DNA of 63,759 nucleotides, filler included, from Dicyema japonicum (lineage: Eukaryota; Animalia; Dicyemida): assembly GCA_011109175.1 (NCBI GenBank). It is 11 parts of 11 records of this genome, joined end to end, with 100 filler letters (N's around TTAATTAATTAA, not from the genome) between each part and the next. Parts side by side here need not be neighbours in the genome. Positions count along the whole stretch, not along the records: positions 1 to 18,381 come from RDEW01000131.1; 10 more parts are not named here. One strand, given 5' to 3'. How positions within the stretch are numbered: position 1 is the first letter of the stretch; every line of letters begins with the position of its first letter. Below, piece by piece: positions 1-13,429 of the stretch. The position numbers and the translations under genes were made by a program. The notes beneath the pieces were generated by a model that worked only from the letters and a program-made list of their open reading frames with translations, made no database searches and was not told the DNA's origin.

Positions 1-372
1 ACAATTTCATGTTTTATAAGAAATTTGTTAAGCAGGACCTTGTATAGCAAGACGGAACCCTTAGTGATTGGAGATAGCATCCAAAAGATAATGAGAATTT
101 TCAATTCATAATAAAAAGGTATCCAAATAAAAAAAATGTCCGAAAATATTTCAATAGCTAAAAATGCAGAAAATGTAATCCAAAACATAAGCAATTCAGG
201 CTAAATAGAAATTAAGTAGAACCGCTTTAATACATATTGTCTTGCATTTTTGGATCGAAGTGACTTAAATGAATTGTATGCAGCATATAATGGGGCGACT
301 CCATTTCTTAATATAATATTTTAAAAGAACTAAAAAATACATAATCAATTTGCTTATCAGATGCGCGATCAT
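1..372 (-). CDS. REEP1-4-like ER-shaping protein (TB2/DP1/HVA22 family); 3' part runs off the window
   Basis: Splicing introns 307-340 (34 nt) and 201-233 (33 nt) gives MIAHLISKLII-NGVAPLYAAYNSFKSLRSKNARQY-PELLMFWITFSAFLAIEIFSDIFFIWIPFYYELKILIIFWMLSPITKGSVLLYK. This matches the REEP1-4 pattern (LYPAY..YK; WxPFYxELK; WLLSPxTKGS). Confidence 0.9.
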
Positions 373-2119
373 ATTGACTAAAATAAATTAAGAATATAAA
401 ATATTAATTGAAATAGAATAATTTGTATAAACTAAAAAAATTATGAAAAGACATACAACAAACATAATAGTGTGCCGCTATATTAAAAACCGTAATATAT
501 TTTATTAAAACCAAAATAACAACAATTTCAATATAAATAATTAGAAATCATTTTAAAATGAAATACAATAGTTCATGCAGTTGGGTGCAAAAATTGATAA
601 TGGATGTTACTGTCGTCATCAAATAAACAAACATAATAGTGTGCCGCTATATTAAAAACCGTAATATATTTTATTAAAACCAAAATAACAACAATTTCAA
701 TATAAATAATTAGAAATCATTTTAAAATGAAATACAATAGTTCATGCAGTTGGGTGCAAAAATTGATAATGGATGTTACTGTCGTCATCAAATAATAATT
801 ATATTCCAATAAAAATAGCAATAAATTTCTATAATCTGTGAGATTAAGACCGAGAAAATATAAAAGACGACAAATGTAACCATAATGTAGTCAGTAGATC
901 AACCATTGTTTTTTTCTGATCAATAATTACAGATTTGTTAACGACGCCTGAGGATTAAACTTGCATACGTCATATCTGAATGGCAATTATTTTATTTTCT
1001 CAAGTTTTATAGTAAAAAACTATCCATGGTATTTTTTAAAATTTGATTCTTAGTTTGTTNGAGAAAATATAAAAGACGACAAATGTAACCATCATGTAGT
1101 CAGTAGATCAACCATTGTTTTTTTCTGATCAATAATTACAGATTCGTTAACGACGCCTGAGGATTAAACTTACATACGTCATATCCGAATGGCAATTATT
1201 TCATTTTCTCAAGTTTTATAGTAAAAAACTATCCATGGTATTTTTTAAAATTTGATTCTTAGTTTGTTACTCATTCCGACTTCACTATCATGTAAAAAGA
1301 CAGCGAAAGAAACAGGCAGTTGTTATTGGCCGATCCCAGGAACCCAGATCCTTGATTTCGAAGGATGAAGATGGTGGATCTAGGCAGGAGAGATGGTGGG
1401 GTGCATCATATTTGGGTTAGCCACAGTTTTGGTAGTTCTGGGTTCCATTCAATCAATTTTTGAAAGAGTAAGTTAAAAAGAGTAAGACGAAAATATTAGT
1501 AGGGGTTTAGCCACCTTCTTCAGTGCATTCTGAGACAAATTCACGCTAAATCTTTGATTGAAGCACTGAAGAAGGGTAGGCCACCCATTTCTGGGCATCT
1601 TGAGAGCTCTTCCCAAGTATTGGGAAGGAGCGGATTTAACCCAGTTCTCCGATCCTATGTTCGATCCCAATAAGATGTGGCCGAATGCTAAATAGTGATT
1701 ATCTAAGACACCATAATGATGTGGTTGGATGCATCCATCTGTATCTCTGTTGGCATTGCGGGATAAAGAAATCAAAGAAACTCAAAACCATTAAGTTCAA
1801 TCATTGATGTCCAATGAGAATGTTCAAAGTCCAGTAAAATAAGCCGGATATATTTGTACTGGATAAGGCGAAGATGACTACAATCCCGATCTAGGTTAAG
1901 ATAACCTCTCAACAATTACTGAAACAAGTCGAAATAAGGAAGATGCATAAATACTACCTGTTTCTAGTGAACTAGCAATGATCCACAATGCTCAGACCTT
2001 TGGGGTTAATTGGGACGGTATTGTCGGCAAGTCTTATAATTTCCTTCAAAATTGACGATACAATCAAGGAATATGTCCAGAGTAGTGTGAAAAGGAAAAC
2101 CTTGAAAAGTATGCTAGTT

Positions 2120-2480
2120 TTGTTTTTTTTAAGAGAAAAATTGAATTAAGGAAACAGGATTAGATGCTAGTAAGTAGCTAAAAGAATAGTCGAGAACCTG
2201 AGGGTCAGCTCAACGAGGCCACGCTGCGGATTGAGTGGCAGTTTCCGCGGAGCACGGCTACCGAGATTAGCTAGAAAAGCCAGTTCGTCTCCCTCCGGTC
2301 GTATGTTTTCGAAAAATTTTCCTGCCAATGTCGGTGAGGAGTTGAGCAGCAGCCTTGCGAAATACACCGGTGTATTTCGGACGCCTTTGACTCTTCAGCC
2401 TGAGCACTGGCGGAACCCGGATTGCTGACAGTCTTGAAAGCATCGTCACCGAAAAAGAGTCGACACACGTGGCGCTTCAA
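2120..2480 (-). mobile_element. 3' fragment of a CRE-like (RLE) non-LTR retrotransposon
   Basis: Frameshifted ATCVDSF..PGSASAQAEESK..TGVF..LLTDIG..RETNWLF..VAVLRGN, homologous to the C-terminus of the 10.4-13.4 kb element; A-rich tail. Confidence 0.7.
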
Positions 2481-3949
2481 AAGAGAACACCTTGAGAACA
2501 TTAATGTCAAGTAAAAAAGTTGGCGGAAGACTCTCAACTCAAATAGAAGTGGTTGGTAGATCTTGTGACGCGGAGGAGACTGAGGGGAGGTTGGAGAGTA
2601 GCTCGAAAAGAAGACCTACAGAATAAAAATTATGTTGAATTCTTACTCATATTTAAAAACTGACTTAGCTTATTAATAAGTAATTAAGTATTTAAGTAGT
2701 TAATTATTCAGAAAACCTCAGAGAGCTCCAGCGAATTGTTTTTCTTTTTCGAGGCAAGAAAAAAATTTGTTCGCTAAACACATCGTAGGTCTCAACCGAA
2801 ACAAATATTAAGACGAAGTTGTCAGAAGCCCTTTGTAATTTTCCCTTTTTCGATCATCAGCTTTTAGAAAGGTCTCAAGAGCGAATTTTATCGTAGGATG
2901 GGTAGGAGATTCTTTTGTAACAGTCAAGAAATTCCTCGGAGATCTTGTTTTCAAAATAAGACTTAGAGACTAAGAGGTTGGGATGCTTCAAAAAATAATA
3001 CTCTAAGAGGTTGGGATGCTTTTTGACGAACTTTTTGACTTTTAGAGTTTATAGACATAATGCAGAATCAGATTTGAAACTAAAAAAAGTTTAGAAGCAG
3101 GTTACGTTAAAATTGATCATCTACTGAAACCAGATTATTGATACTTTAAAAAAATATTCGATTTTATATTTTTTAATCAAACGAGCTACGTAAAACGTTA
3201 TAAAACATTCGTGGTCATAGTTTTTATTTACAGCTGTGGTTCATGCGCAATCAATAAAAAGGACATCGACATTCTTGACCAATTTCATTGAAATCGGGTA
3301 TTTAGTTATAAAAATACAGTAGATGCAAAGAATCTTAAACTCTGGACTCCATGCATGACGCAAAGCAAAACCTTTTTTAGTTGAAATGCCAGATGGAGAC
3401 TCCTACGAACGCATAACTTGCTCGACCGAAAATTCCGATAGAAAATCGCAATCCAGTGGTTTATTTCGTGAAAAAATTAAATGATGAAATAACTGGACTG
3501 CGAGAACTAATTTTTCATCAAAATGTTTGGTGGAGCAAAGTTAAGTGATACAAAAATTAATAATTGCGAAAAATCGCAAAATAGGAGGGAAATTCGAAAA
3601 GCTCCAAGACCTTTGACCATCGCGAGACGAACTAGTTATTCGAATAAATCTCTTTTGCTATTTTCCGGGGCAACTGTTGTCAATCCGTTCGCCGGTGTGT
3701 CTGAATTTCATAACTGTTTCAAAACTTAGATGATTACGGTCGAAAAAGTCTGATCGTTAAAGGAGCACTGCGAATCTCAGTTGACTTGCAGAGGAGTTAG
3801 CTTAATTACTGACATACAAATAGGAGATATGTCAGGACTTGATGGGTCAGCGGAATAATTACTCAAAAGGAGAATAAATCCGATTGTTAGATTAATTTGA
3901 TTAGACTCAACTAATTTATGATTTCTCGGGACTGCTAATAATAAGAACT

Positions 3950-4850
3950 ACATTCAGAAGTTAAGCATCGTATTTCAGATAAAGACGTTATATTAGACAT
4001 TTTCAGAAAAAGTCTGAATTCAGAAAAAGATAAATACGTCGAAAAGCTAAGAATTTTAAATTTCATTGATGAAAATAATGCTCTTAGCTTGAATCGAATT
4101 GCCTCAATTTTCTCGACTCTTTTGAAGAAAAAAATTTCCAGAAGATGCCTAAACGATTTAAAATTAAATAAAAGCCAAATAGCCTCTATTAATGCAATTT
4201 TTGGGGAAAAATATCGTGTATCTTGCGGAAAATTCCCTGCACTAGAATCGGAAATTTTATTTTGGCTAGAGAAAATAAAATTAGTTGGAGGATTTCTTGA
4301 TGACAATGCAATTTTATTAAAGGCAAAAAAGATTGCAAAATCACATGGAATAACTGATTTTATGGGAAGCAATGGATGGCTTTCTAGATTCAATAAAAGA
4401 AACAATGTAAAATTAAGATTATTCCATGGAGAATCTGGCTCAATAACTGAAAATCTAAAAGAGCAAATTGAAAAATTTCAAATAATGTTATCTACGAAAT
4501 TAGAACAATATGATCTTGAAAATGTTTACAATGGTGACGAAACTGGTGTTTTTTATAAAAATGTTCTCTCAAAAAGCATTTGCTTAAAAACTCGACCTGG
4601 AAATAAAATCTTTAAAGATCGGTTGAAACTTTATTAATCAGTAGTAAATTTTCACTATTTTTGTGACCGGGTCAAATAAGAAAATTCCATTAATAATTGG
4701 AAAATATCAGAAACCAAGATGTTTTAACAACATTAAAATTGTGAAATATTTAAAATAATGTCATTCCTCAAAAGCATGGATGACTATCAAAATTTTTAAT
4801 GAATGGCTTTTTAATGAATGGCTTTATCAGAAATTTAACTATGATTATTT
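3950..4850 (+). mobile_element. Degenerate pogo/Tigger transposase (CENP-B HTH + DDE)
   Basis: ORF 4089-4637 has GSNGWLSRFNKR, FHGESGS, VYNGDETGVFY and KDRL; downstream frames give PLIIGKYQKPRCF and KAWMT..IFNEWL. Confidence 0.9.
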
Positions 4851-5007
4851 ATTTTTTGTATGTAAGAAATATTTAATCGAATTTTACTTGAATCTCGATA
4901 GGCTTTTAGTGACAGAAATAGCAGGAAAGAGAAGAGAAACTATAATTGAAGACAAGTAAAGCGAGAATTAATGTAAAATCCAAATCAAACCAAAAACGTT
5001 GACGAAA

Positions 5008-5390
5008 TCATTCCAGAGAATCATTAATGGCAGAAATATGTGTACAGAGAGTTTTCCATTGATCGACAGATAAACTGATGCCTAATGTTGGAAAATATAC
5101 TTCATGCACCTTTTCGTCCTGGTTTTAATGTTCCTTCTGCATCATAATATTCACGAATGTCAATAAGCTTTTTCCCTTTAAAATGATTTATTGTGACAAA
5201 GCGATTGACTGATAGCTAAACATATTATATGGGAAATTATTACTGAGAAAGAGTTGTCAGGTCTTTTATTAGCTTGTTTAGTTGTTTCCTGTTCCTTATC
5301 ACTTGAACTTTCCTAAAATTTAAATTATTTCAAACGAACTTCTAAATCGGAATCATCAGCTTTTGTCAGAAGACGCCTCTTAGAGTTCAT
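5008..5390 (-). CDS. SUB1: Transcriptional coactivator PC4/SUB1
   Basis: Three 28-nt GT-AG introns; spliced product ends [44 protein letters not shown], the canonical PC4 ssDNA-binding domain. Confidence 0.95.
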
Positions 5391-6163
5391 AACAAGAATA
5401 AAAATAAATTTCCCTCAAATTATTATTTAATAATTAATTTTTATAAATTATAATATAACTATTTATAATATTTTTGTAATAAAATTAAATGTGTGTAAGG
5501 GTAAAAGATAATTCTTAAATCACTGTTTTTTTAGGTTGGTAAAGAATAAAATAACAATACAAACACAACAATTTTTGCTGGTTTAAATACATTGCAATAT
5601 TCCAGTAGTAAGTAAAAAGAAAAATTTTTCTATTATTATTGGCGATAAAAACACTGTAAGGAATTAAAATAACAATACAAACACAACAATTTTTGCTGGT
5701 TTAAATACATTGCAATATTCCAGTAGTAAGTAAAAAGAAAAATTTTTCTATTATTATTGGCAATAAAAACACTGTAAGGAATAAATTATTCGAAATAAAA
5801 AAGCGACCATAAATGTGAAAGAAGATCTTAGAAGAAATATAAAATTCAATTATGAGATTAATGTTATTTTGTAATCTATTCCTGGAATTTATAGATTTTC
5901 AAATATTTAGAGTTTTTGTATTTAGCTAATTATTGATTTCATTAGGTTGATAAAAATGCATTGATCCACCTTCTATAAATCAAATTACATTATTCGTGAA
6001 TTTATTTTGAAATAAATATTAAGTCTTTAAAAAATAAAATGATTTAGAATTTATCATACGTATAATTAATAGATCTCGGTCTCGGTAATACATAGACGAT
6101 CTCGGTAAAATTTTATATTTATTGACATTCGCCGATCGATGTATCTTTACAAAAATTAACTCT

Positions 6164-7843
6164 ATGAACTTGATTAGGTTTAATTTCGGTTACCCAAAAA
6201 GAAATTCTAAACTTTTTAATCGTACATACAAGCATAGATACTCCGAAAATAGAATATCTCTGTTTGGAATGCCACTCAATTTTATAATACGAAATGATGC
6301 CCTTCCTGCAAAACTCTATGTATCAAAAATTATCGAATATTATCTAAGAAATTAATGCTTGATTTATATGAACGCGGGCTCAATTTTATAATACGAAATG
6401 ATGCCCTTCCTGCAAAACTCTATGTATCAAAAATTATCGAATATTATCTAAGAAATTAATGCTTGATTTATATGAACGCGGGCCCAATAAAGAGGGAATT
6501 TTTCGTAAATCGCCTTCCTTAGCAGACCAAAAAGTACTTGTCCAAACCTTTTCAACGATAAAAGAGATTCCTTTTGAAGAATATGATATACTCGTAGTCT
6601 GTTCTGTTTTTAAAGTAATAAAATTAAATTGTAATATTAATTAGCAATATTTACGATCGCTCCCGCAATGTGTACTTGTAAGTAATTTTTATTCAAAATG
6701 GAAAAATGCAATACTTTCAAATGAAACAGAGCGTAAAATTGGAATATTTAAAAAGTAACAAAATGTATAAATAAATGATTCAGAGTACTCAGTCGCTTGC
6801 CATGTGCGCATTATATCATGCTCAAACATATTATTTGCCTTCTACAAAAAATTGAACAAAATTCTAAAATAAATAAAATGGACTCTTTGAATTTATCGGT
6901 TTGCCTATCTGCATCGTTATGGATTCCCAATAAGTATGCATCTAAAAATATTTTGCTAAAATCCTGCAAAATTGTATCTTAACGTTTAATTTTATCGACA
7001 GATGGTGGATTGTGTAGATTACATGATTAGAAACGCAGACATACTTTTCGGAGAAAATATAGAAAATCTCTTCAATTACAAATCAGATAAAGCAGAAATA
7101 TATAATAGTACTACTGACTTATAAATTAACTATAGAATTGACCAAAGTAGACATAAAACGGTTCAGTTCATATAACTGTATAAAAGCACAAGAAAAAAAA
7201 CTAATTTTAAATAAACCAATGAGTCACCACAAGTTGAATTATAATCGGAAAGCGTGTTCAAAAGATTTGTTTGTAAAACATGGTAGTCTCGTCAATTTTA
7301 TTAATGATCGATCGATTGAATTTTTCTATAAAAATCGTTGCATGTCTCTACAAAACATTAACAAAGAATTCACTTCTGACTTTTCTAGCCTGTATTCTGG
7401 AGAATCTTCGAATAAATTCAACTCTGGGATGTCTTCTGAATCACGAAGTATTCAGTTGTCAAATAATTCCAAATCTATAAATTCGTCGATTTCTATTGAT
7501 TCTTCGAGCACCAGTATTGATTCAATTAATGTGTCACGCTTATCATCTGTACTAAATATTATATTAAAACTAATAATTTAAAGAATATTCACACACTTCA
7601 GCAAAATCTATCAAAAACAATGAAAAAACTTTTAAATAATATAAACCGATTTAAAAATAATAATCAAATTCCAATAATATGTAAAAATCATATCATACAA
7701 ACGGGTATTTTTAAAAATAAAAAAAAGAATCTGGAAAAGTCATTGAAGAAACTTCAGAAGCGATAATTAAAAGAACTTTGAGCGCAGTTTCAGGAAAAAG
7801 TCATTCTAGTGTGGATTCTGACAAAACATTGACAAACATTTAG
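6164..7843 (+). CDS. RhoGAP, ARHGAP20/TAGAP-like, with Ser-rich tail (start approximate)
   Basis: LFGMPL..LPAKLY-KLMLDLYERGPNKEGIFRKS (arginine finger), SVFK-QYLRSLP, NKMDSLNLSVC; tiny introns. A 104-bp tandem duplication (~6275-6482) must be collapsed to restore the frame. Confidence 0.85.
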
Positions 7844-8194
7844 CTTTTTTAGTAATTTAAGTATCAATAATTTCGTGTATAATTAATTAAAAGGGCCTTG
7901 TCTTTTATTAAATTTGTCAATGTTTATTAACTTGATAATCAAACATCCTTAAGCTTAAATGGAAATCAGCCTGTATCATTATGATGATTCATTTTTTATT
8001 ACTAAAACATACAAATAAAATTTAGTGATGATTACTTGAGCGCCGCCAGTTTAAGTAATTAATGGAAATTAATAATTACAGACGAAAGTACTTGATAAAT
8101 TCCGCTAGATATTATTAGGGAAGCGTTCCCGCTAAATATAAAAATCCATAAATATAATAAATAGAAATAATTTACATTCATTGATGTTATAGAA

Positions 8195-10229
8195 ATGAGT
8201 TATCATGCACAAATTCTTAGCTCAGTTGATTTCATAGAAATTTGTATTAACATTTAGAAATTAGTTGATAAAATTTACTGCCATTGCAATATATGTGGGC
8301 CCAAAATTAATATGTGTGGTGGAAGTGACACTGAATTTTGTTTTTTTGAATCCTTTTTTTCTTCTGATATCAAAATAAAAAAAACATCATACTATGGGTG
8401 CTTTTCAAAAGGTGGAACGGCTAACCAAGCGGTTATTTATGACTTTAAATAATTATTACCCAGTGTTTTTTCGGCGCGTCTAATAATTCAAAAAACGGTT
8501 ATTTATTAAGATGCTGTAACAATTTAAATTTCTGCAATAACAAGTTTGATACCATATATTCTCTTCCAAACGGTTTATAATCAATATATATCTATAAATA
8601 GACAATTCAATAAAATCAAATCTTATTTTACTTTCAATTTTGTTTTTATTGGCATTTGTCTTCATCATATTATTCATTGAAATTATACGTCGTAAAAAGT
8701 TTGAATATTGGCTACAATTATTTAGGGCATACTCAAAAAAGATAATCAAAAAGTTAGAGGATGACATGCTAATTGTCGATAACAGTTCGACCAATGTAAA
8801 AAATTTTACTTAAAATATAATTAAGAAATATTTTAATTCAAATAATCACATAAAATGGGAATATGGAAAAAACTTTGATAGAATCGAATTATCAGGAAAT
8901 CATAAACTTTTTATTAAAAAATATAAAATACAAAAATACCATTTCTGGAAAAACGAAAAACTTTTTTTTGAGGAATTTGGACTTATTCATCCAAATATAT
9001 TNACAGTTCGACCAATGTAAAAAATTTTACTTGAAATATAATTAAGAAATATTTTAATTCAAATAATCACATAAAATGGGAATATGGAAAAAACTTTGAT
9101 AGAATCGAATTATCAGGAAATCATAAACTTTTTATTAAAAAATATAAAATACAAAAATACCATTTCTGGAAAAACGAAAAACTTTTTTTTGAGGAATTTG
9201 GACTTATTCATCCAAATATATTCAGTTTTGTATTAAAATAGATACATAATTAAATAGGGCACGTCTGTAGTTTTTCTGAAATAAATAAAAATGAAGTATA
9301 CATGTATTCAATATTTTCGAGTACTAAAAGCACATCACTGGAAGAGATGATGAATAAAAAAATATTATCATTTTCAGAATCCTTAAAAATAATCGAAAAT
9401 ATTTCACAGGCAATAGAATATCTTGCGGGTTATCGAATTACGCACTGTAATATCGGTTAGCATTATTTATCTAAATATTTTTTATTAGGTCGAAGATCAA
9501 TTCGTAAACTTGACGACGATTCATACTGTCTGTGTGATTTTGAGTTTGCAGTAATTCCCGGGAATATAAGACCAAATATTTCATTTGTTGAAGAAAAAAG
9601 ATACGTAGCACCTGAAATACTTAATAAAAATTGGTTTCTAAATTCAAAAATTATCGAAACACTTCCAGCTGATGTTTATTCTATAAGTTTAATAACATGN
9701 TTTATTAGGTCGAAGATCAATTCGTAAACTTGACGACGATTCATACTGTCTGTGTGATTTTGAGTTTGCAGTAATTCCCGGGGATATAAGACCAAATATT
9801 TCATTTGTTGAAGAAAAAAGATACGTAGCACCTGAAATACTTAATAAAAATTGGTTTCTAAATTCAAAAATTATCGAAACACTTCCAGCTGATGTTTATT
9901 CTATAAGTTTAATAACATGGGAGCTTATTGTATCTGCTATTAGTAAAAGTATATTTATTAGGGTTAAAATCCATATTTTAGGACAATATGTACCTCCTGC
10001 ACCGAGAAAAAATTTCCCGAACAAGTGTTCTAGATTGTGGGATTCAGCGTTTTCCAAATTTCATTTTAATAATCTTCCTTTTAAGGTAAAATTATAGATA
10101 ATTTTTGTTATTAAATTATAGTCAATTGAAGAATTAAAAAAATGTATAATAGTTAACCTTAGTCTGAATCCTGACAAAAGAAGACCAATTAGACTTTTAA
10201 ATCGTTCTATTAAAGATGTTTTGTTATAA
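8195..10229 (+). CDS. TGF-beta/activin/BMP receptor-like protein with degenerate kinase domain
   Basis: Spliced ectodomain has 10 Cys (YCHCNICG..C..FCF..YGC..C..RCCNNLNFCN); TM LILLSILFLLAFVFIILFI; kinase fold with FIKK, WKNE, IHPNI, KRYVAPEIL, ADVYSISLITWE, NPDKRR. Two N-separated duplications (at 9002 and 9700) were collapsed. Start and signal peptide uncertain. Confidence 0.85.
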
Positions 10230-10389
10230 AAATTCTTGTTAATTGTCATATACTTTACAGTTTCATTTNTTCAGTTGAGCATTTGTTTTCAGGTCTTCAG
10301 AAAATTGTGGCGAAATAACGAAATTTTAAAACTGAAAATGTCAAATATTATATGATTCTATATAATTCATGTTTCTGAAACAAATTATC

Positions 10390-13300
10390 ATCAAAGCGTG
10401 GTTTCCTGTGGTGGTGGTCCAACAAATTTTCAATTTCATCGGAGTATGGTAGAAGACAAACCCAAGGCCAACAGACAGTACCCTAACGTTCAGCTATGGA
10501 ATGTGTCACCTGCCAATCCTCCGAACAGTAGGAAATTTGGCATTCTGTGTGATTCTTGCTCTAACTACTTCCACCTTGGCTGCATCAAAATGAGTCAGGC
10601 TTGTGCCAGGACCCTTCCAAACTGGCTTTGTGCTCGTTGCATGAACCATTATTTACCTACCTCACCCGAAGAGTTTCAATCAGAGCCCTAATGTAATTTT
10701 GACATATCTATAAAAATATCGTCGCCTGGGTCATGTCCAAACTAGAATTTCAAAGCATGTTAGATGTCTACCTGCCGGCAATTTGCCCAATTTTATCAAG
10801 ACAGCAATATGAACCGACTGTAACAAAGACTGACCGAAATTGTTTTACTTTCCTTTCTTCGGCACATGGCTGTCCAATGTCAAACTCTAATCGGATTCAT
10901 TGACCAAAAAAATTAAGAATTTTATTTTCACTCATTTCGATTCGTTCATTGAATCTATGCTGCGCAGCGAGATTTCGTAATCTTCCGACACTTCTTCAGC
11001 TTCCTAGGTCAATTCCATGAAGACAGTACGCACTAAATGAATAGTCGGAGATTTACCTCGCGCATTGACGATTCTGAGTTTTGGCGACCGGGTTGCTCAA
11101 GTGAATGAAAACACCCTCGATGTGTTCCACGATAAACACCCATTACGCTCCGTTCCATTAGGATCGATTTGTTAGCCCAAATACGCCCATGTTAAAGTTA
11201 CAAAAGGCAAATTATTTCAGATTTTAAAGTCATTCCGTCAAACCAGTAGTGGTGGCATCGACAGGCAACGTCTCAACCACATTAAAGATCTGTTGTCTTC
11301 CCACAGTACTTCTGGGGGATAATCTCGCCGATGCTTTCTGTAAACATATGGATCGTTTTCTACAAGGAGACTTGTTAAATTTTTCCTGTTCTCTCTTTCT
11401 CTCTGGGAACCTAACTGCATTTTATAAAAAAGATAGCGGAATCAGGCCAATTTCGGTTGGTAATGTATTTAGAAGACTGGCGCGAAAACTGCGTGTGCAA
11501 GTCATCTTTCCTCATCTCACAAATTTTTCAAAACATTCAACTGGGAGTTGGAGTTAAGGAGTGGCTGTGAAGCTTCTGTCCACGCCGTAAAGGACTTTGT
11601 CGATTTTGGCCACCTACCTTATTCGAATTGCATCCTGGTAAAACTTGATATGAAGAACGCATTTAATTGTATTGACCGTGCATTTTTCCTGAACTAATAT
11701 CGGCTCAACATTCCTTACTTTTTGCCCTTGGCGAACATGTGCTATTACAGTTGCTCTGATCTACTTATTGAGGGAAGAACAATTCAATCGTCAACCTGAG
11801 TTCAACAGGATGACCCTCTCGGGCCATTACTGTTCTCTTTGGGAGTCAATCAGATTGCTCTCAATGCCAGTTCTTCGTTGAACATCTAGTACCTCGACGA
11901 CATCACTGTCGGGGTCCATCAGATTAGGTGATACGAGACATAAATTCGATTTCATGACGCTGTAAAAAGTTGGCCACGTAATTCCGCAAAAATGTGAGAT
12001 CACCAATTTAAACGCCAGTCAAGCTGATTTTTGATCTATCATTATTGAGCTTTATACACACTTTCAGGACGTTAATATAATCTGCAAGGAAGATCTAGAA
12101 ATATTGGGATCACTAATTTTAAAATCCGCGATCCGGAATTCTTTGGAAAAAAAATCTTCCGTCCTAGAATTTACGTCAAATCGTCTTACTTTATTGGAAG
12201 CACACGTCGGACTACTCCTCCTGAAAAATTATATATTTCTTCCTAGGCTTCTGTATGTTCTACGTTCTGCTCCATGCTTCCAATGCCAATCTGAATTATC
12301 CAAACTCCAATTGATAGTACGAGTTGGTTCCAAAAGTATTTGTAACATCCACTTCGACGACGTATCCTGGAGGCAAGCAATTTTCCCAGTCCGATTTGGG
12401 GAATCGATTTACGCTCACCTGCGGATGTTGCTTTACCCACGTACTTGTCCTCCGAACCATGTGTGCTTCCCTTGTCGACGTCGTTCTCCCCTTTCTTTCG
12501 AACGTAAGACGTCTACCTGGCTGCGCATGGGTCTCAAAATCTGGCAAGACAGAGGACTCGAGGTTCCGGCCTGCCTCTTCTCAGAAGCACTGGGATAACA
12601 TTCTGTGCAAGTCCCTATACGGATCTCTGGAATCTTCTTTGAACCAGAATCAACTTGCCTGCTTGAGGAGTGCTGCCCAGTCACAATCTGGGGCCTGGCT
12701 CAATGCCTGCCCACTTCCGTCGGTTGGTTGCAAGCTTGATAATGAGAGTTTACGTGTTGGTTTTGCGTCTATGCTTGAGAATATGCTCTCCACACCCATG
12801 AAAATGTGGATCGACTGTGGATGAACTGGGCAGACATGCTCTCTCTTGCAGGCGCAGCACCGGTCGTTTCCCGAGACATAAAGCACTCAACGGAATCATT
12901 AAGAACGCCCTAGATCTGCGGGCATTCCAGCCAACTGGAACCCCCCGGGCTTTTTCGTGAAGATGGAAAGCGCCCAGATGGTGTTACTTTCTTCCCTTTC
13001 CTGAAGGGTAAATGTCTAGCATGGGACTGCGCATGTACCGACACTTTCTCTCAGTCCAGTCTCGTTAACTCGGCCTCCGACCCGGGGTCAGCAGCAAGAA
13101 CATACGAAAAATTAAAGCTCACCAAATACCAAAAACTTGGCGAGGACTTTATCGTCCAGCCGATAGTCGTGGAAACATCCAGGATTTTGGTCCATCTCAC
13201 TCTCCTTTCGTCAGGCGGCTCGGATCGCTGATCTCTGTGTGCACGAAGGACCCTCGCGAGACCCAATGGCTGTTTCAGCGTCTCTCATTGGCGGTCATCC

Positions 13301-13428
13301 GAGCGAACAGCCAAGCGATTCTATCCGCTGGGGCTTGGTGACCTCTTCCCTTCCTATTTCCTTAATTATCAGTTCTTTTGTTTTTATAAAATTTAGAAAT
13401 ATTTAAAAAAAAAAAAAAAAAAAAAAAA
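10390..13428 (+). mobile_element. Near full-length degenerate CRE-like non-LTR retrotransposon (PHD finger + RT + restriction-like endonuclease) with poly(A) tail
   Basis: CDSC..FHLGC..WLCARC; GIRPISVGNVFRRLA, QLGVG, KLDMKNAFN, QQDDPLGPLLF, YLDD; RPDGVTFFPF..LAWDCACTDTF; poly(A) 13405-13428; many stops and frameshifts. Confidence 0.88.
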
Positions 13429-13429
13429 T

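Noticed and set aside
1290-2100. Possible LTR-retrotransposon RT/RNase H remnant (similar debris at 20000-20560, 21300-22600 and 23100-23520)
   Set aside because: Too decayed to assign; only isolated motif-like words.
8480-8794. Minus-strand 104-aa ORF
   Set aside because: Antisense shadow of the receptor's ectodomain and TM exons.
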